Shown piece by piece: positions 54,901-64,000 of a stretch of 64,000 nt of DNA (within the stretch, counting starts at the first letter, position 1; the number at the start of each line of letters is the position of its first letter). The stretch lies in the NCBI RefSeq assembly GCF_009914755.1, contig NC_060936.1, one strand, 5' to 3'. A program made the translations under genes and the position numbers. The notes below the pieces were generated by a model that saw only the letters and a list, made by a program, of their open reading frames with translations, was not told where the DNA came from and did not search any database. This DNA is from the human T2T-CHM13v2.0 reference genome, Homo sapiens.

Positions 54901-55530
54901 TAGCAACCTTCTAAAACTATAAATCTGATGGTGTTCTTCCCACTTCAAATCTTCCCACGACCTCCTACTGCTTTTGGGAACGACCAAAGCCCTCAACACA
55001 ACCCTCAAAGCTCTGCCTTTGTCTGGCCCCAGAGCAACTCTTCGGACAAGCTTTCCTGGACTCGTGCAGCCTCATTGTTCTGTCTTCTACAAGTGCCTCC
55101 TGCAAGATCAGTATTTCCAAATGCAATGCATTGTGTTCTTGAACATTCCCTGTGAAGAGGAGGGGACTCCCTATACTGTTAGAAGGGGAGCTCCCCGAGG
55201 AGAGGCCCTTCCTTGTATTTCTGCACTCCCTGCCACGCCCTCTGCCAGTGTACCACTCCTACCAACCAGACCAGGCCCTGAGCCACCCTGCCCCCTGCAG
55301 AACTGGTGATCTCCTTTCCTTCTCATCAGAAAGAAGGTTAGAAAGAAGGGACAGCTAAGAACATACATGGGCTCATCAGGTTCCCCAAAAGACCCCTAAC
55401 TATCCTCCATCAAATGGCTCTTAGGGCCCATAGGACAAACCATACTGAGGGTGAGGAAGGGACATTTTCAGATTTGTCTCTGACCCTTTCAAAGTTCTCA
55501 ACCCTCTCAAAAAAAAAAAAAAAAAAAAAA

Positions 55531-55830
<300 letters not shown>

Positions 55831-56019
55831 TCAACCCAATCTTAGACCGCAGTGACTCTCTCTGGCAAATAGTACTAACCTATTAATTCTACAGATATTT
55901 CTGAACCGACAAACTTACTAGGAAATGCAATGCTTGGGTATATAGCTGGGGGCGATTCAGAGAAGGGTCAGCTCTTGGGCTTCTTGGAGCTTTCAGTCTA
56001 TAGGGGACATAAGACATGC

Positions 56020-58648
<2,629 letters not shown>

Positions 58649-59186
58649 GGATTGCTTGAGCCCAGGAGTTCAAGACCGGCCTGGGCAACATAGCAAGACT
58701 CTGCCTCAAGGGAAGAAAAGAAAACAGACATGTGGATAGATAGCTGTACTATGAAGGAAGTTCCATAAGAGGAGTCTTTTGAAGAACTTTAAAAATCAGG
58801 AGAGAAATATTAAGCTAAAGCTGAAACCGTTTTTCAGAATTGGAGACATCAAGTGAACAGAAGGTAAAGACAGGTGGGGTTTACATACAACCAAAAGGGA
58901 AGGGTGTCATTCCACACAGAAGGAAAGGCAGCAACAGAAGTGAGGAGGCAGAAACCTCTGGGTGTATATGGAACCAGAATGACTCAGTGCAGCTGGATCT
59001 AAGGACATTTGAAGGTGATGGTTTCCTGCTTCCCTGGCCCATGCCAATAACTAACTCCTCTCCTATCCCCTGGCCGAATTAGGGAGTTGGCATCTTTTCA
59101 ATATCCTGGGCATAACCAGAGACACATGCTGGGCCCCACAGGAGGAACCAAGGCAGAGAGGCTCCTGGAGGTGATGGCAGAGCTGA

Positions 59187-59628
<442 letters not shown>

Positions 59629-60957
59629 CCCATCTCCTGGCTTCTTTCTACAAAAAGAATAGGCTCTGGCCAGCCAATATGCCTTCTGCACTCAAGCAAC
59701 TCCAGTGCTCAGCTAGTGGGCACCATCCAGCCAGAGCCCAGAGGTGACACCCCAAGCTGTCAGCTCTACGCTGGGAGGAGAAAACAGCTCTGGTTCACCC
59801 ACAAGCCCCCACTGGGCTCTGCTCTTGTTTGTGATCACAAACAGGAGTCAGGCTTTTGGGATTCTGCTCCTGAGATTCATGCAGCCAAACCGCGTGACCC
59901 TAGGTGAAGCTGGCACCCCTCTGGGCCTCAGTTTCCTTCCTGTAAAATGGGGGTGAGCCCTCTGACTCTGACTCCTCTCCCCTGCAGGGCACAGGAGAGA
60001 AGAATATCCCATCTAGAAAAGGACTGCAGCTGAGGAGCCAGGTCCCTTGTGCGGGGTAAGGGTGGGGTAAGGAGCTCGGCAGGGCCTTCAGGGATAAGCT
60101 GCTGGCTTTGATGCTGCCTTGCTCCTTCAAGGCCTGTAGGCTTTCCAGGAAAGCAGTCAGGGAGGAGAAAGGAAGGGACAGCAAAGCCAAGAGTTTTAGC
60201 CTTCTTCTAGCCTGGGGGACAGGAAGTGAGGTGCTGTCTACAGAGGAAGTGAGAAGCAAACCCCCATCCCCACCCCCCAACTTCCCCTCAGCCTGGAATG
60301 GAAAGAAAGCCTCCAGCTTCAGGAGCCTGCAGGCTCAGAGCTGGGGAAATAGAAGACGATGTGATGCGGGTGGGGGAAGAGAAATGATCAGCACCATCTG
60401 GCAGAGAAGGGGGTCTCCTGTCTTGGACACAATAAAACTCAAGGGGCCCAGGACATCCCACAGACTGCGGGAGTGGGGAGAAGAGAAGCCACTCAAGCCA
60501 AGTTGAGAAAGCCAGCATTCTAGGCCACATGGTACCCACATCTGCAGTCCTGGCCTGACTCCTGCTCCCAGCATGTGTGCCATGTCATGTGCCTCGGCAC
60601 GGGCCACCCCCAACACTAGGTGGGGCAGGTCCTTGGAGCACTTGCTCTTATAGCACATGTCCTTTCTTTGCAACCCTTATCACAGCTATAATTATAAAAC
60701 TGTTTAATTACTTGATTAACGTGGACTTTTTTGATCACCACTGTATCCCTAGAGATTAGCACAGCATCCGGCACACAGTAAATTCTAAATAATCTGCTGG
60801 CTGAATGAACAGGCCGCTCATATAGCTTGAGAATTCCTCAGAGGCCGGTTTGACCTGAATCCTGGCATCTGAATGAAGTTTGGTATACAAAGGTGAACAA
60901 ACACTGCTCATGACTTGGGGCCAACTGGGGAACCCTGGGATGAGTGGTCAAGGCCAG

Positions 60958-61332
60958 TGCTATGGTCTGAATGTTTGTATCCCCCCAAATCCACATGTTG
61001 AAATCCTAATACCCAAGGTAATGCTATTGTGGGGCGGCGGGGCGGTGGTGCTGTGGGAGGTAAATAGGTCATGGAGGTGGAGCCCTCATGAATGGGATTA
61101 GTGCTCTTATGAAAAGAGGCCTGGTGAGATTCCTTACCCCTTCCACCATGTGAGGACACAATAAGAAGCCTCTGTCCAGGAATCAGAAAGCTGGCCCTCA
61201 CCAGACACCAAATCTGCCCTTGCCTTCACCTTGGACTTCCCAGCCTCTAGAGCTGTGAGAAATAAATTTCTGTTGTTTCTAAGCTGCCTAGTTTATGGTA
61301 TGTTGTTATAGCAGTTCAAACAGACTAAGACA
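60958..61332 (+). mobile_element. MLT1A-type solo LTR
   Basis: TGCTATGGTCTGAATGTTTGT...CAGACTAAGACA with 5 bp TSD GCCAG at 60953-60957 and 61333-61337. Confidence 0.9.
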
Positions 61333-61561
61333 GCCAGAAACAGGAGAGCCGACATAGGCGGCAGGAGAAATCCAGGCACACCCAGGTACTGCTAATAGGT
61401 AAGGCAACAAATACAGTAGACATGCTACGCTGTATTTTGGGTAAGAATGAAAAAAAGAATATATATTTGTGTGTATTTGGTATTGTGTAAGGAAACTCAA
61501 GGGATATACAAGAAACTAATAAATGATTATGGGGGAGAACGCGATGGAGGTGGGAGTGAGA

Positions 61562-61851
<290 letters not shown>

Positions 61852-64000
61852 AGAGATTTCAATTTTCAAACTATATTTATAAAACCTGATGAAAAAATAA
61901 AACTGCAAAAAATATTAGAAGGAATCCAACTACTCAACAAGTTGATTTCCAAAGCTCCTCCCAGCTGTGGCATCCAACCTCTTCCAGGCCCCTAGGACAA
62001 GGGAGCAGGTGAGGTGGCCGGTCAGATGAACGTGGGGGCTCCAATCCAGGGCTGCTGATGCCTTCACATCCTTTCTTCTCCAGCAATCTTGCCCTGGGTT
62101 AGCAGAGAGGCCCTCCTAACCCCAGGCTGTGGTGTGAGCATGGTAACACCACTATTCAGAAGTTGGTCAGGGGCACTTCCACCTGGGTAAAAGTTGGGTT
62201 TATTCTAGGTCCCTGGGAAGGGGGACAGTCTGGTCAGGGTCAGAGGCAGAGGGCAGGGGGAAGTTTGGGGCAAGTGGGGTAAATGACCCTGGAAGTGCCT
62301 GGTGCTGCTGTGGGCAGGTTCTGGGGGTGTCTGAACAGATCCTTGTACAGAAGGGCCGATTACAGCTCCCCCATCAAGCCAGCTGGGAGTGAGGTAAATC
62401 AGCCCCTGGGAACTGCAACTGCTGAGAACCCCAGAGCCACACTACGGGAGTTCCAGGGCCTCTCACAGCCCTGCCTAGAAAAACCTTGACCATTGGCCTA
62501 CCCAGAGTGTCTAAGGGCAGGGGCAATTTCAGGCTGAACTACATGAGAGTGAGGAGACATGCAGACCACAGGTCCTAAGCAGCACCTGTCACTCAAGCCC
62601 TGCAGGCAACAGCAGGAGCAGCAGAATGGGGTCTTCTCTCCTTTAAGACATCTATACATTAAAAAAAAAAAAGCATAGTGGATATTGGAGAATTCCCAGA
62701 GTTCAAGGACCAGCATAAGGTTCACAGTGCTGTGCCTGACTGGGCTCTTCTCAGCAGCTGCTGGTGCTGGGTTTTAGAAATCAGTAATAACAGCAACAAT
62801 AATTCACCTTAATAACAGCCTGGCCTCTTTCATCTGCCTAACTCCCAGAGCTGGGAAAATGGTAATGATTGAGCAGATGCCACACCCCAGTGGTGATGCA
62901 TGATTAATCCAGGAACACTGGCTGGGAAACTGAGGCCCAAGGAGAAGGATTTCCCCTCACAGAGAACTACAGACACAGGCGCCGAGGGCTGCTGGGCGGT
63001 GGGGGGTGAGGGTGCCAGTTCCATATCTGCAGTGTTTTGGGAAGGTGCTGAAGACAGGGGTACTCGTTCCAGAGTCCTCCAGACTTGGGTTTGGGGAGAA
63101 GGTGAAGAAAGACCCAGATATGTGTCCCAAGCTCCCTCCTAGGCTGCAGCAGGGCCTGGTGAGTAGCCTTAGCTGGGAGTCAAGGCCTCTGTTCTTAAGC
63201 CCATGCCCCACCCTCCCAGAGTGTCACAAAGCAGGCTGACAGCTGCCTCAGGCACCTCCACATCTATACAGTGTGCCCAGGCACCACAGGGTAAGTGAGT
63301 GCTCAGCCCTCCGAACAGCCCCACGCCACAGGCACAGTCCATGAAGTGGGAGTGGGGAGCACCTTACAGCCAGGTAGGCAGATCAGATCAAGAAGAGTCA
63401 AGAAATGGGGAAGACTGCTTCTTGGGGACCCCAGCCCATCTCTGAAGCCCCCTTGCATCCTTGGTATTGATCCTAAAATAAAGAGATCCTTCCTACAGCA
63501 AGGCCTGTCTGGCCAGTGCCGTAGAAACCTGCAGAGGAGGTCCAGTTGGCGTCTGCCCTCCAAGAGGGCAGAGGACGGTGGGCAAAGCATCCTAAGAGAC
63601 CAACGACCTTTTCCCACTGTGTCCCCGGAGGGAACCAGTAGAGACTCAAACTAGGAGAGAAGGGTAAACAAAGATGGAGGCATTGCATATGCAGGTCCAT
63701 CCACGGCCTGCTGCGTGCCTGGTACTGTGACAGATGCCGGGACAGACAAAATCTAAGCTCCTGAGAAACCACAAGGGCCAAGACAGGCAGCAACCAATGA
63801 CCTTAGCCTCCAACCCTCCAGGTCAGTGTCTGGGGGAAAATATTATGGGTCTTGTTCTCAGGGATTTGAAGCTGTTTTTCCTCGGTATGTTACAAAGCTG
63901 ACCAGAGCCCCTGGAGGGTCCTGCGATAACACTCTGACTCTCCAAGGGCCCAGCTTTCTGCTATCTCAGGTTCAAGAACTGGCCCTCTCTGCCTTAAATC

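Noticed and set aside
62000-64000. NCKAP5L promoter or first exon
   Set aside because: No CpG island or convincing first-exon donor in the window, so it probably lies beyond the right edge.

Overview
Primate, very probably human, nuclear DNA from the TMBIM6/NCKAP5L locus (12q13 from recall of these genes). It is eukaryotic, so the intron-blind ORF track is mostly noise. On the + strand lie the last two exons and ~2 kb 3'UTR of TMBIM6 (Bax inhibitor-1). On the - strand lies NCKAP5L (Cep169), convergent with TMBIM6. I traced 11 coding exons with GT-AG boundaries and consistent phases that sum to 4005 nt (1334 aa + stop), plus one 5'UTR exon; the first exon and promoter appear to lie beyond the right end. 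The ~26 kb intergenic region and NCKAP5L intron 1 are mostly Alu, L1M, L2, MIR, MaLR LTR and DNA transposon relics. I see no evidence for a wholly new multi-gene system. The most notable signals outside the gene models are: (1) a ~160 bp old mitochondrial insertion (tRNA-Ile/Gln/Met) inside an L1, with a templated hairpin filler at one junction; (2) a 128 bp ungapped inverted copy of non-repeat DNA inserted into an L2 1.1 kb from its source; (3) an unusually long L2 that still shows endonuclease and RT motifs; (4) a recursive-splice-type AG|GTATGT acceptor at the start of the 2630 nt NCKAP5L exon; (5) an LSM6 retrocopy in a four-layer nested insertion; (6) a strong CTCF motif in the TMBIM6 3'UTR. 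Repeat subfamily names and repeat boundaries were called by eye and are approximate.
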